In this document: positions 12,368 through 25,530 of the stretch, piece by piece | Layout: each line of letters starts with the position of its first letter | Numbering within the stretch: the first letter of the stretch is position 1 | Source: Octopus vulgaris | Lineage: Eukaryota | NCBI GenBank assembly: GCA_951406725.2 | Contig: OX597817.1 | Location: 45,756,001 to 45,820,000, forward strand | Length of the DNA: 64,000 nt | Direction: 5' to 3' | Program-made: the position numbers and the translations under genes | Notes under the pieces: model-generated | Database searches by the model: none | What the model was told of the DNA's origin: nothing | The model's input: only the letters and a program-made list of their open reading frames with translations

Positions 12368-12446
12368 AGGTCACTGCTTGGAATCGAACTCGGAATCTTG
12401 GGGTTAGTAGCCTGCGCTCTAAAGCACTACACCACATGCCCGTGGG
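12368..12446 (-). promoter_or_regulatory. tRNA-derived Pol III-type cassette (A and B boxes) inside a PLE
   Basis: Minus strand TGGTGTAGTG ... GAGTTCGATTCC at tRNA-like spacing; acceptor stem poor, so not called a tRNA gene. Confidence 0.7.
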
Positions 12447-12467
12447 CATATTAATAATAATAATAAC

Positions 12468-12534
<67 letters not shown>

Positions 12535-12582
12535 TCGAAAAATACCTTAGGAATGAGAACCCAGGTTCGAAATTTCCCCAAG

Positions 12583-12628
12583 ATACCTGAAGAAGAGGCT
12601 GGAGGGTATATCAGCTGAAACGTTGTGT
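12583..12628 (+). ncRNA. Minimal hammerhead-like motif in a PLE pseudo-LTR
   Basis: atac-CTGAAGA-aga-ggctg(gagggtatat)cagct-GAAAC-GTT-gtgt; palindromic AACGTT. Confidence 0.65.
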
Positions 12629-12820
12629 TAACAACAACCAAGATGAGGACAAATATCCGTCGAATGTAAATGATATAAATAATGTAAATAATGTACATAA
12701 TTCGCCATCTCTTAAATATGGAACTGTATAAAAATATTCTGTTAGTGAAAGCAGTGAACAGAAATCAAGAGAAGCAACAACAACAGCAACAATAACAACA
12801 ACTATAACAACAACAACAGC

Positions 12821-12863
<43 letters not shown>

Positions 12864-12893
12864 GTAATAATAATAATATTAATAATAATAATG

Positions 12894-12947
<54 letters not shown>

Positions 12948-12949
<2 letters not shown>

Positions 12950-13071
12950 CCTACGCAGAACACTTTCCATACAATAACCATCAGAGCATCACAACAAATC
13001 ACAGCACATACCCAAGGCACACAGAGCTGCGCTCGGTAGTGAAGTGAAAGCACGCTATAAAAATAAAACTA

Positions 13072-13075
<4 letters not shown>
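12948..13075 (+). mobile_element. Extremely 5'-truncated R4/Dong element in (TAA)n
   Basis: atcctacgcagaacactttccatacaataa = ILRRTLSIQ*, then a ~100-nt UTR; TAA repeats on both sides. Confidence 0.68.
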
Positions 13076-13110
<35 letters not shown>

Positions 13111-13594
13111 CATATTTCAATTCATTAAACTTTTCTAAACTTATAGCTTAAATTGACAGGTAGGACATTTAACCATAACTGTAATTTAATGATTCAAACA
13201 CTAATTAGTAAGCAAGAAATCAACAGTTAAATAGTCACTGAACGATTGATTGTAGTTTTGTGTTTTTTTTTATTTAGTGTCGAACAAAGCGACTATTTTG
13301 CTTAGTTTTTTCTTTGCAAGTGACAATTTAATGAGATACTAGCGATAGGCTTGCTGACGGGAAGGTTAATTACAGATGAAAATTATGTTAAAATTAGTCT
13401 CGACAATTAGTAATCGACGAGACGAATAGGGGAACTTTCGAGATTATAAAGCGGGTACAATAAAAATTACATATTTGAATGGTACGGTTTTGCATAAATA
13501 CTGTTCTGTTTCCGTCTACCATTTGATATTTGATATGATTCTAAGATACATTTATGTGTGTATGTATCTATCTATCTATCTATATATATATATA

Positions 13595-14004
13595 TACTCC
13601 TTACTCTTTACTCTTTTACTTGTTTCAGTCATTTGACTGCGGCCATGCTGGAGCACCGCCTTTAGTCGAGCAAATCGACCCCGGGACTTATTCTTTGTAA
13701 ACCCAGTACTTATTCTATCAGTCTCTTTTGCCGAACCGCTAAGTAACGGGGACGTAAACACACCATCGGTTGTCAAGCAATGCTAGGGGGACAAACACAG
13801 ACACAAACACACACACATACATATATATATATACATATATACGACAGGCTTCTATCAGTTTCTGTCTACCAAATCCACTCACAAGGCATTGGTCGGCCCG
13901 AGGCTATAGCAGAAGACACTTGCCCAAGATGCCACGCAGTGAGACTGAACCCGGAACCATGTGGTTGTTTAGCAAGCTACTTACCACACAGCCACTCCTG
14001 CGCC
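13595..14004 (-). mobile_element. tRNA-derived SINE, family A (octopus-type), full length
   Basis: Head ggcgcaggagTGGCTGTGTGG...GGTTCAGTCTC, internal (TA)/(TG) tract, tail ggcggtgctccagcatggcc...gtaaaagag. Confidence 0.88.
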
Positions 14005-14175
14005 TATATATATAGATATATGCATATACTTTTGTCCTTTGGCTTGATTCAATCGTTTAACTGTGGTTACGGCATGTGGTTTTTCGTCGAAGGAATTTGC
14101 ACCAGGACTTTTTCTTTTTAAACCTAGTATTTATTTATTCTATCGGTTCTCTTTTGCCGATCCGCTAAGACAGTG

Positions 14176-14252
<77 letters not shown>

Positions 14253-14443
14253 CTAGCGATGGGAGCGATCATCTCCGTTCGCAAATACAAATCAGACACA
14301 GAATGTGTGCCGTTACCCAGCTCGAGGACATGTGTTCCTAGGGCTATAAACGTCATTAGCACTGTCCTGTATAAAACACCACACTTGGTTGGCAGTTATA
14401 TATCACTATTCCATATAGCTTCTGTTTACATCCTACTCAGGGA

Positions 14444-14488
<45 letters not shown>

Positions 14489-14516
14489 CACACGTACACA
14501 CACGCACTTACACATA

Positions 14517-14564
<48 letters not shown>

Positions 14565-14670
14565 ATGTGAAATAGAAAGATGAATAATCTTGTTGCAGAT
14601 TAATCAAAAGTTTAACCGATACCTTGGTAGCAAAAATCACAAATCTTCGTTCAACTCCATTTCTTCAATT

Positions 14671-14713
<43 letters not shown>

Positions 14714-15597
14714 AAAGAAGAGAGTGACACAGAGAGAGAGAGAGAAACTGATAGAAATAGTGATAGAAAGATAGATAGATATGTAGGTAGGTAGGTATGT
14801 AGTTAGATAGGTAGAGAAAGAGAGACATAATAATTTTGAATCATGAAAAAAAAACAGGCAAGCAATTAAATTCGCCCATAAAATTGAATGTTTAACTAAA
14901 TATATGTAAACACATCTATGTACCTACAGCTTCATTGGAACTTATTTGATGCACGAAAAGAAGGAAATTCTTGTAGATGCTAACTACATCCTTTAACTTG
15001 AAGCAGCACAATTCTTCCTCTAACCCACTTCCAAATGATCATCTACTTCTCAAAACATCTAGCTACCAACGGTATCTTGACCCCACTTTCTTATTACCCC
15101 CAACTGCAAATACATCACTAACATAATCTTCTGTTTACTAGCTGCCACAACAACTTGGTTAACTCTTGCCCAAATATTTTCGAGTTGAAAAACAAGGAAA
15201 AATTGATTTCCAGAAAATGTTGTGAAGCAGCACGAGAGGAGAAAATGTTTTCGGAATCACATAATATCACAATCCTCTACCTAAATTCAGTATTAAATAT
15301 TTCTACGAGCAGAACTATAGACGCGGCTAAGCCCTAAACCTAGAAACCAATATGAAAAACTATAAACCTAAAAACATACAGAAATTAATAACCTCATTAA
15401 AACTACAGAAATTTGTCACAGTGTATACCGTTGTGCAAACAATCGAAATAAAATGCGATATTACATTGTGAATATGGAAGCCAACAAAACATAGGAGTAA
15501 AGCACAGAAAATATTATCCAACATAAATTCTGACACTAAGAGGAGTTTAATAATAGTTAGAGACAACGGTAATATCATACCACAGAATACAGTTGCA

Positions 15598-15640
<43 letters not shown>

Positions 15641-18538
15641 GATGTGTGTATTTTTCCGTTGTTAACAATTAACACGGAAAAATATATGAATATTTACCAC
15701 GCTAGCCAAAAGTTACACAAGTAAAAATGTTGTAACTCCTTGTTTTTAAAGGTAGAAACGTCGGGTTTACACGAAATATTTTGTATAATATATATAAATA
15801 AAGAAATGGTTTTAAACGCAGGGGTTATTCAAATTCTTTTACTTCCGACACATGTTTCGGAAGTAAAAGAATTTGAATAACACCTTCGTTTAACTCCATA
15901 TATATATATATTTAACTCCATAGACAAACATATTCATAAAGGTAATAAATTATTAAAAATTGTACACTCATCAAAAATATTTTAGTCGCAAAATGTTGAA
16001 TAATCGTCGAAATATTAAAATGTTTTAAAGAAATACCTGACCCAGTTGCAAAATTATAATTTTGCATATAATACTATTTTGCTTGTTAGTGCTCCAGAGT
16101 TGTGGTCATTCTGGGACACCACCATGATGTGCAAGAAACATTGAATAGTTTTGAAAGTGCAATTTGTTTAGTAAACTCAGTAAATAGGAAGTCGTGTATC
16201 ACATCAACTATCATTGTTACAATTATAAGAAAACCACTTTGCTTGACCATTGTTAGGATGAGGGTGGTCGATAACATTGGCAAGTCACTTTAGCGTGGTA
16301 TTGAAGCAGAGTCGTTTCCAGTTAAGGAAACAAGTAAAAGTTTAAGCGAGTAAAGAAACAATAATGAATTGACAAAGTCGTCCGAATTTTCATCTAAATG
16401 CATTCGATATTTAGTTATGTCCCTTCATAATCTAAATTCCAATTTCAACAACGAGACACACGTCAACTGTGATGGCCATCATTCTGGACGTGATAAAAAT
16501 GAAGAAATATGCAAATGCTAGAGTCGATTTAATATTCCTACGAAGCATCCGCCATGTGAATATTATTTACTTTATGAGCTGTAAACAAATTTTAAACAAC
16601 AGTTAAACAATAAAATTGATTTAATATTCGAACGTATATATCCTAAACCGCAATACAATTCTTTAAATAATTCACACAAAAACTACTTTGAAAATGATAT
16701 CAAAATGTGGGTAATTCATAATCTAATTTAATCAAGTTCTAATGAAAACGTAAGAGCGAGACATGTTTGGTATTAAATATACCAAAGTGTAATTATTATG
16801 AAATTGGCTTCTTTAAGTAAGTTAGAAAAACAATTATTTATCAGACAGTACGAAACACATACATATTCTTTTTTATCAATTTTTCTCGTATTAATATATG
16901 ACTCCTTGGCTATCTACAGCAGCATTATTAGTAAAACTATTAATAATATATATATATATATAATATCCATATTTTGTTTGATATTTAGAAGAGTATTACT
17001 GCTAAGGATGTCTCGGAGGCGTTGTTCAAAGGAAGCATTTACTACACCATAGAAATGATGTCTCAATTTATTAGTACACAAATATACTAACCGCATCAAT
17101 TCACACTTAAAACCTACCTTCTTCGCTATTTATATGACTGGTCATCTGAGCAAATTGATGGTTTGAGAAGAATTAAACCACTTCTTTTCCACTTCTTACT
17201 TTGATGATTAAAGTCACCAATAGGTGTCTCTCTCTAACTTGAACACATTCAATATGTTGTTGCTTTTTAATATAGTTGATGTTGTTATTGTTGTTATTTG
17301 CTATCAACTTGATCTTCATTGCCGTTATACTTGTTATTCTAATATCCCGACATTACTGACACTTCAACAAACAACAATGTTCAGACATAGAGCCAAAATT
17401 GTTTACGAAATCTAACGAATGGGATTCTTATGTATGGGAAGTAATAAAATGCGCTGTATATGGTATATCTGAAGCCAGTGACTTCATTTTCTTTAATTCA
17501 TAGAATTCATAGTGCTGAAAACTACATCCATCTCCTTTGATTTTATTGCAGTCTCTTTCAAGTTATCTTTCTGATATCAGTATTTTAATATAAAGTATCA
17601 TCGTTAATATTTACAAACGAGCAGCCGATTGAATATATGATTACTTATATTGGGTTACTCTCTTACTAACTGAACTTATTATGCAGCAAATTGGAAAATT
17701 ACACTGACTGTGTAATATATTTCATTGACAAAGCCACGGTCTTTACAAGCTGAAATAGATAGTCATAAAATCCGATTGACATCTTGCCATCGAAGGTCGA
17801 ATGTCGAAACGAAATCTTCACAAGGAATTGAAGGAACTTCATACGTCTAGAACTTATTAATGAGGAAATTATTCCTTCCGAAATTTAATCTAGACATGAA
17901 GGAATTTCATAGAATGAGTTGGTGATTTCATTCCTTAATGCCATGTCTGAAAGTAATAACAGTAAAATCTTTTGAACAGAGTTATCAATTGCAATATCAC
18001 TTTAGTCTCGATCATCTATCAAATAATTAAACAAATCTGAGAAGAAAAGATTTCTATACCAACATTCTACAGTTAACACAAACGTCATGTATTATATAGT
18101 GTTCAACTATCTTTAAGTTAGGTAACAGAATTCAAGCTACATTAATTCTTGATATTTTTCTTTTAATACAAAATTAACCATGTGAAATATCTGTCAATGG
18201 ATTACTTTCCAAGATATGTTATATAAAATCAAAAGAGATGTAAGATGATGTGTATTGAGAATAGATATTTAGTGTTTCGTGCAGGATAGTTGTATAGGCT
18301 ATATCGAGCGTTAGATATTTGCATAATCTTTACGTCTTAACACGTCATAGAAACTAACGTTTCTGCTAACAATTTCCAAAACTGAAGTAATTGTGCTGAT
18401 GAATATAATCATTGAATGAATTACGATAAGTTTAGTGATTAGTTTCAGTTTATTTGGTTTATAATTCATTTCCGATCTCTCTCCTTGTATAATAACGTTT
18501 GCTGACAATAATTTCATAATTTATTATATATATATATA

Positions 18539-18826
18539 TTGAAATTATAAGTTAGGGTATCTACGAGATACCACCATGCTGAAAATAACAGCCATAAACC
18601 GACTGTAAAACCACCTTAAGTTTTCATATAGCAGCATGGAGAAAATACAAAGCGACAAGATGAAACTAGTAAAATATCATTGGCTAATTCTAATTCTAGT
18701 TTCATCTTGTGTATTTGTCTTTTCTCCATGTTGCTATTTGGAAACTTAAGGCGTTTTAGAGTCGGTTCATGGCTGCTATTTTCAGCTGGGTGTATCTCGT
18801 AGATACCCTAATTTATAATTTTAATA
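18539..18826. mobile_element. Foldback hairpin element in (TA)n with a ~85-nt unpaired tail
   Basis: Left arm aaattataagttagggtatctacgagata...acaagatgaaactag pairs with right arm ctagtttcatcttgt...tatctcgtagataccctaatttataattt. Confidence 0.8.
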
Positions 18827-18905
18827 ATTATTACCTTTGAAGGTTATTTCTTTCCATGTTAGGTTCGTTATTTTATTTTAAATTAATGATCGTATCCTTA
18901 CTTAT

Positions 18906-18968
<63 letters not shown>

Positions 18969-19637
18969 TTATATACACACACACACATATATATATTTAT
19001 AATTATATCTATCTGTGTGTTTGTGTGTGTTGTGAGTGTTTGTGAGTGTGTGTTTGTATCTATGTATGTATATCAAATTATTTTCATTTTCCTTACGTAT
19101 TAAACAAATAAATGACTTAGCTAATTGTTTTTATTTTATTAGAATAATATTATATAGTGAGAATGTACCTTAATTCAAAATCTAAGATGTTTAAATATAT
19201 CTCGCTGGGATTTATTAAAATTATTCGTATATATGATCCCATAGTGGAATAACATTAGCCAAATGCATATATGTATTACAATAGCTATCAGAGCACTTTA
19301 CATCCTGCGTGGTGTCTGTGTTTGCACACACACTCACATAGTGCGGCCGGGGGATCCAACTTGAGAAAGTTAGTAAGCTGTGAGCATGTATGTAACCCGT
19401 ATAGATGCGTAAAGGTGGACACTATACGATAAAACGAAATCCTCTAAGCTGGTTCTGTGAAAGCTACAACTTATGTAACAAGCATTACTCTGCAATGAAA
19501 CGATTGCTGTTTGTTTTATTTTTTCATTCCTTACATATATATAGTTCTTTTGCGAAAGAAGATTGATTAGAAATACTCTCACAGTATAGAGGTTTGGACT
19601 TAGAAGTGCACAAGAGTAACTTGAAACGAAAAACATA

Positions 19638-20361
19638 AATATGAAATGTAAAGAAACAAAAGACATGGTAATTCAATCCGCAAACATGACTCCGATTAGA
19701 GGTGGATTTAAAGGACAATTGTACATGATAGATTTAAAGATACACAGGCATATTTTAATGTATAAATTAATATATTTATCTAAAATATATTTGTGTAAAC
19801 TAATACATTTTAAAGAATCTCCAGATGGAGGAGACATAAAAACGTTAAGGCATGCGTGTATAGATCAAAACGCTGGGGAAACTCTGAAGTGGGGATGGAA
19901 ATGAACAGTGAGGGGCGAAGATAAGATTCGGGATAATTAAAATTAAAGTAGGGCCCCCATTCTCTGCTATTTGGGCATTATACTTTAACTAATTTTAAAT
20001 ATCCCGAATCTTGACTTCGCTCCTCCTTGTATCTTTTAGTTAGCTTCCATAACCACTTCAGACTTTATCCAACATTTTTATCTATACACGCAAGATTTAA
20101 CGTATGTATGTCTCCAGCCGGAGATTCTTTAAAATCTATTACTTTACAGACATATATTTTTAATATATTTATCTACTTTTAATATATTTATTTACTAGGC
20201 ATAAGAGTTGCTGCATGGTAAGTAGCTTGCTTACGAACCACATGGTTCCGGGTTCAGTCCCACTGCGTGGCACCTTGGGCAAGTGTCTTCTATTATATCC
20301 TCAGGCCGATCAAACCTTGTGAGTGGATTTAGTATATGGAAACTGAGAGAAGCCTGTCGTA

Positions 20362-20419
<58 letters not shown>

Positions 20420-20750
20420 TTTGTATACGTTTGTTGTGTCTGTCTTAGTCCCCTCAACGTCGCTTTACAACCGATGATGGTGTGTTTACGTCCCCGTAAC
20501 TTAGCGGTTCGGCAAAAGAGACTGGTAGATTAAGTACTAGTCTTACAAAGAATAAGTCCTGGGGTAGATTTGCTGGACTAAAGGTGGTGCTCCAGCATGA
20601 CTGAACAAGTAAAAAGAGTAGGAAAAATGAGTTACACATTTTTATATATATTTTAATCTTTCATGTACAATTGTCCTTTATATTCATCTCTCAACGGCAT
20701 CATGTTTGCGGATTGAATTACCAGATCTTTTGTTTCTTCACATTGCATAT
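19638..20750. mobile_element. Aged foldback element with ~310-bp arms; right arm interrupted by a SINE
   Basis: 19641-19740 is inverted at 20652-20748; 19780-19950 is inverted at 19981-20160. Confidence 0.8.
20198..20620 (+). mobile_element. SINE family A
   Basis: Homologous to 13595-14004. Confidence 0.85.
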
Positions 20751-20838
20751 GCGTGTGTGCGTGTGTGTGTATGTGTGTATGTCTGTGTGTGCACAAGAAA
20801 GGGGAGAAAGAAATGATAGACAGAAAACAGCTAGTACA

Positions 20839-21283
20839 TATTTCTTTACTACCCATAAGAGGCTAAACACAGAGGGGACAAACAAGGACAGACAAACGGA
20901 TTAAGTCGATTACATCGACCCCAGTGCGTAATTGGTACTTATTTAATCGACCCTGAAAGGTAACTGATTCTTAATTTATTAACGTCGAAATGATGAAAGA
21001 CAAAGTCGACTTAGGCGGAATTTGAACTCAGATCGTAGCGGCAGACGAAATACCTGTTTCTTTATTACCCACAAGGGACTAAACATAGAGGGGACAAACA
21101 AGGACAGACATATGTATCAAGACGATTACATCGACCCCAGTACGTAACTGTTACTTAATTTATCAACCCCGAAAGTATGAAAGGCAAAGTCGACCTCGGC
21201 GGAATTTGAACTCACAACGTAACGGCAGACGAAATACGACTACGCATTTCGCCCGGCGTGCTAACGTTTCTGCCAGCTCGCCG
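20839..21283 (-). mobile_element. SINE family B (Nin/Deu-like central domain), head-to-tail dimer
   Basis: Two bodies containing gtcgactttgcctttcat..ttcggggt.gataaattaagta; flanking direct repeat acagctagtac. Confidence 0.85.
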
Positions 21284-22469
21284 TGGTACAGCTAGTACCA
21301 CGAATAAAATAAAAATGTTGAGGATATACCAGTATCGAACACGATTCTAAGAATTCTTATATGCTTTAACCAACTTTTGTACCATACGCTATCTGACAAA
21401 ATCAATTCTTCTAGTTACCAATTTTATTTTTAAGTACTTGATAGATAATCGTTTAGGTTTTATGTGTTTGTATTTTCCATACAAATATTTGATGATGTTC
21501 TCGGTGTACAACCAAATATAAAACACAATGTATTTCACTCGTTACAACTGAAAATTAAAATATCGCAATAAATTTTAAGTCAATTTTTTTATGCAACGCT
21601 ATTTTGACTGGTTTATATCTGAACAGTTTAGCATTTAATTTTCGAAATGAAAGTACAATATATTTTCGAATTACATCTTTTCCTCATTGATAATTGTCAT
21701 GTTTATTGCCACTATCTTAATTGTGTAATAAAAAATAACGTAAAACCTTAATATCTGATATAACTGGAGTCACTTAAGCAACTGTCTTATGTTTGGCTCA
21801 ATTTTCTTTTCATTTTGTTTTAATAAATGCACATCGAATTAAAATGAAATGAAATGGGCGACAGTGATAAAATTAACATAATCGTCAGCAATATGAGTAC
21901 ATAAAAAGTTAATTAGAAAAGAATGTCAGGTAGGATCAATATTTCACTACAAATTTATAGTCATCTTTGCATTCCTTTATATCCAATTTTGTGAAATATT
22001 GTATTTTGTACGAGATTTAGAGCAGTATTATATATATTTCCTCACTAAATTTAATTATTCTGTTATGGCAAACACTGATGCCTGCTGTAACTTTCAAAGT
22101 AAGTTTATATATAATATCGCTTCAAGCTATTTAACAATTTCAACGACCAGCCTCATATGAAATTTTCTTTACTGTAAGAATATGGTTGCGACAATGTTCA
22201 GTGTAGCACCTAACACGCCCACTGATCTTATATCCGATTACAACATCTTATCAGCAACATATTATAGGCGAATTTATGCATACTAGCATCACCCACGGAA
22301 ATTTCACGACAAATTTGAATATTCAAAGATGGAATAATATATTTTTCTGAAGACTTTCATTTCTGGCATTTATAAATGTCCACGTAGCTAGTACTAAAGA
22401 CACAGTATCAACATCTTTGAGAGCTACGTTTTTACACGTTGAGCTTCACGATGTCTACGTACAATATTC

Positions 22470-22698
22470 TATTTCTTTACTACCCACAAGGGGCTAAACA
22501 AAGAGGGGACAAACAAGAACAGACAAACGGATTAAGTCGATTATATCGACCTCAGTGCGTAACTGGTACTTAATTTATCGACCCCGAAAGGATGAAAGGC
22601 AAAATCGACCTCGGGGTAATTTGAACTCAGAACGCAACGGCAGACGAAATACGGCTACGAATTTCGCCTGGCGTGCTAAAGTTTCTGCCAGCTCGCCA
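22470..22698 (-). mobile_element. SINE family B monomer with a 25-bp TSD
   Basis: ttcacgat(g/a)tctacgtacaatattc at 22445-22469 and 22701-22725. Confidence 0.9.
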
Positions 22699-22915
22699 CT
22701 TTCACGATATCTACGTACAATATTCATGACACCACTGATGTTAAATTCAACAATGTGTTTCCTGTTTCTGTGTCTTTCTCGTCCATTTATATATTTCTAT
22801 CTTAAACTCACTCTCTCATCTGTCGTAAATACTGACTGCTTTCTTTTTCATATATAATTTTTCATATTCTAGGATACTACACCCATGCGTCTAGTAATTC
22901 GGCCCTCAGCGAATG

Positions 22916-22980
22916 TCTTCTTCTTCTTCTTCTTCTTCTTCTTCTTCTTCTTCTTCTTCTTCTTCTTCTTCTTCTTCTTC
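22916..22980. repeat. (CTT)n microsatellite
   Basis: Read directly. Confidence 0.98.
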
Positions 22981-23049
22981 CAGGACTCATGCCATTAACC
23001 ACAAAGAATAATCTCTAATTCGAGCCTACTCTAAGCTACTAAGAATGCG

Positions 23050-23267
23050 TAAGGCAACATTGAAAATTCACTCACCACGCACGATAGACTGGCGGTTGCA
23101 AGGGCGCGAAGGCTACGTTGTTACCCTTTTTCCGTATATGGTGGCTTTTTTTACGAGCTTAGGTGTTTTTGCTCAATAAACACTTTCAATGCCCGGTCTG
23201 GGAATCGTATCCGCGCTCTTACGACCGGGAGTCCGCTGCCCTAACCACTGGGCCATTGAGCCTCCAC
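23050..23267 (-). mobile_element. tRNA-derived SINE, family C
   Basis: Minus head TGGCCCAGTGGttagggcagcggactc...GATACGATTCC. Confidence 0.72.
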
Positions 23268-24434
23268 TCATCTGCTGTCTACGTTGCAACCTAAATCTTC
23301 TCCTTCTTTCTCTTGGTTATCAAGTAGCTTTTATCATTATTTATATTTTATAAACAAATATGATTCTATTGATGAACGATAATTAATTGCACCACAATAT
23401 ATGCGTTTCTTAAAGAGCGATATAAGAATATAAATATAAAACACTACACATTTCGCTTGCCAACAGTCAACGCTACTTCCGTTACCCCATATACCTACCG
23501 AAGCTACAGCACTACAATTATCAGTAACATGCGTCAGTCCAAACTATTTTACTAAACAAAATAATTTCCATTTATTTTAAATCCATAACAGTTTAACTAT
23601 GTATCCATTTTTATTATATACCCAGGCCTATTCCCCATCTTTTTAGGAGGTTTTAGCCACAGGACACACTCCGGGCATTTCATTCATTTTTATACCTATT
23701 AATATACCTACCTCTCTGTATATTAATTCATATATCTCTTGCGTCGAAAGATACCTGCTGTTATTTTCTTGTTTGTATTTGTAATTGTGAAACATGTTCT
23801 CCGTGTTTTGTCTTTGTTGTCGTACACATTCGCTTGCTTTCTCCCCAGAAATTTAATACTCTTAGCTTAGATTTTTGGGGGCAGCCAGATTAGAATTGCC
23901 TCAAGTGCAACTACCCAAAATTATAAGAATAATTTGTTAACTTGACTGATGAGAGGATGCTATGAATGACACGTCCTTGTTTTTTTCCATGTCCGTCTTC
24001 GCATCGTCTAACAGTCCTGATGATTTATTGTCTTCTGTTGCGTTCTATTTTTCGATTTATATATAGCTATATATATATATATATACATATGCACACACAT
24101 ATAAGAGGGACGACCACTGCATAGACAACCCTTATGCTAGAAGTAGATCTTTTCTCAAGTGAATTTAGCAAACACCAGAACGTAAGCGAGCAAGACAAAT
24201 GAAATGAAGCAAAAATATAGATTAATCATAAACTAGTTTCGCTATCAACAGTTACGCAATTTTGATTGCACAACTGTCCGTATCACTTCAGTATGATCGT
24301 CATTGCAAATATAAAATGAAGAACTATGCACGAGACGTTCGCATAAGATTGAACATGTATACAGTTCTACCAATTGGTCTTGGTGTTATCTTTGAAACGT
24401 CTACGTTTTGGCGCGCTAAAATACCGGAAATAAT

Positions 24435-24467
<33 letters not shown>

Positions 24468-24486
24468 ATATATGTATGTATATATA

Positions 24487-24529
<43 letters not shown>

Positions 24530-24556
24530 GCGCGCGTGTGTGTGTGTGTATGTATG

Positions 24557-24625
<69 letters not shown>

Positions 24626-25064
24626 TATCTAGTTTACTTCCTGAAAATCCATATATCAACCTATTCTAGAAATTAGAAGTAGTATCTAAAATTTAAACCT
24701 AATATAGAAAGAAAAACTGAATAATAGTAGTGCCCCAGTATGACCAGACCCTTTGAGCTGAGCACTTAAGTGCGTATCATCCAAAGCTACTAGTTTTGCA
24801 CACTAAGAGTACTTCACTTTATTTATGCTATCAATATATCTAACCATCCATCTGTCTTGAATAACGTGGATGTATTTATCAGTGTCGGAAAGACAGATGG
24901 AGAAGCACATTGAAAGATAGAAGATACAGAAACATTTAAACATAAAACTTGTAACGTTTTATTTTTACTGTCTATCATAGAATTATTCGACATCTATAAT
25001 AATATACTTGAAGACACATGTTACTCCTTCGGTGTCTTCAGTAAGCACATGTATACACATACAC

Positions 25065-25530
25065 GCACTCTCTCTCTCAAAACTGATTTTCTCTCTCCAC
25101 TCACAAATTTCCTCTCACTCACTGGTTAATTTTTTCTCTCTCATCAATTTTCTCTGTCTCTCACACACTAATTTTTTCTCGCGCACTCACTCACTAATTT
25201 TCTCTCTCTCTCTCTCTCTCACTCAATAATTTTCTCTCTCTCTCCCACTCACTAATTTTCCCTCTCTCACTCCCTAAATTCCTCTCTTTCTCACTCACTC
25301 ACTAATCTTCTCTTTCATTCACTAATATTTTATCTCTCTCTCTCTCTCTCCCCCACTAATTTTCTCTCTCTCTCTCTCACTAATTTTCTCTCTCTCGCTC
25401 ACTCACTAATCTTCTCTCTATTTCTCTCATTAATTTTCTCTCTCTCACTACTCACTCACTCACTAATTTTCTCTCTCCCTCTCTCTCACCCTTTCTCTCG
25501 CCCTCCCTGTCTCCCTCTCATTTTCCCTCC
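25065..25530. repeat. Degenerate pyrimidine-rich minisatellite, core ctcactaattttctctctct
   Basis: More than 12 recurrences of (c)actaatttt separated by variable (CT)n. Confidence 0.85.

Larger units (their letters stand above)
12170..12727. mobile_element. Inverted pair of PLE pseudo-LTRs enclosing a tRNA-derived segment and (TAA)n
   Basis: 12170-12325 is the reverse complement of about 12532-12700; the homologue at 53780-54060 is attached to a GIY-YIG C-terminus. Confidence 0.78.

Noticed and set aside
12368-12446. Functional tRNA gene
   Set aside because: Acceptor stem does not pair well and it is embedded in a PLE; the SINE heads are likewise tRNA-derived, not tRNAs
16085-16560. Very old LINE 3' end
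   Set aside because: Only a weak tail-like match at 16090-16118; no convincing translation
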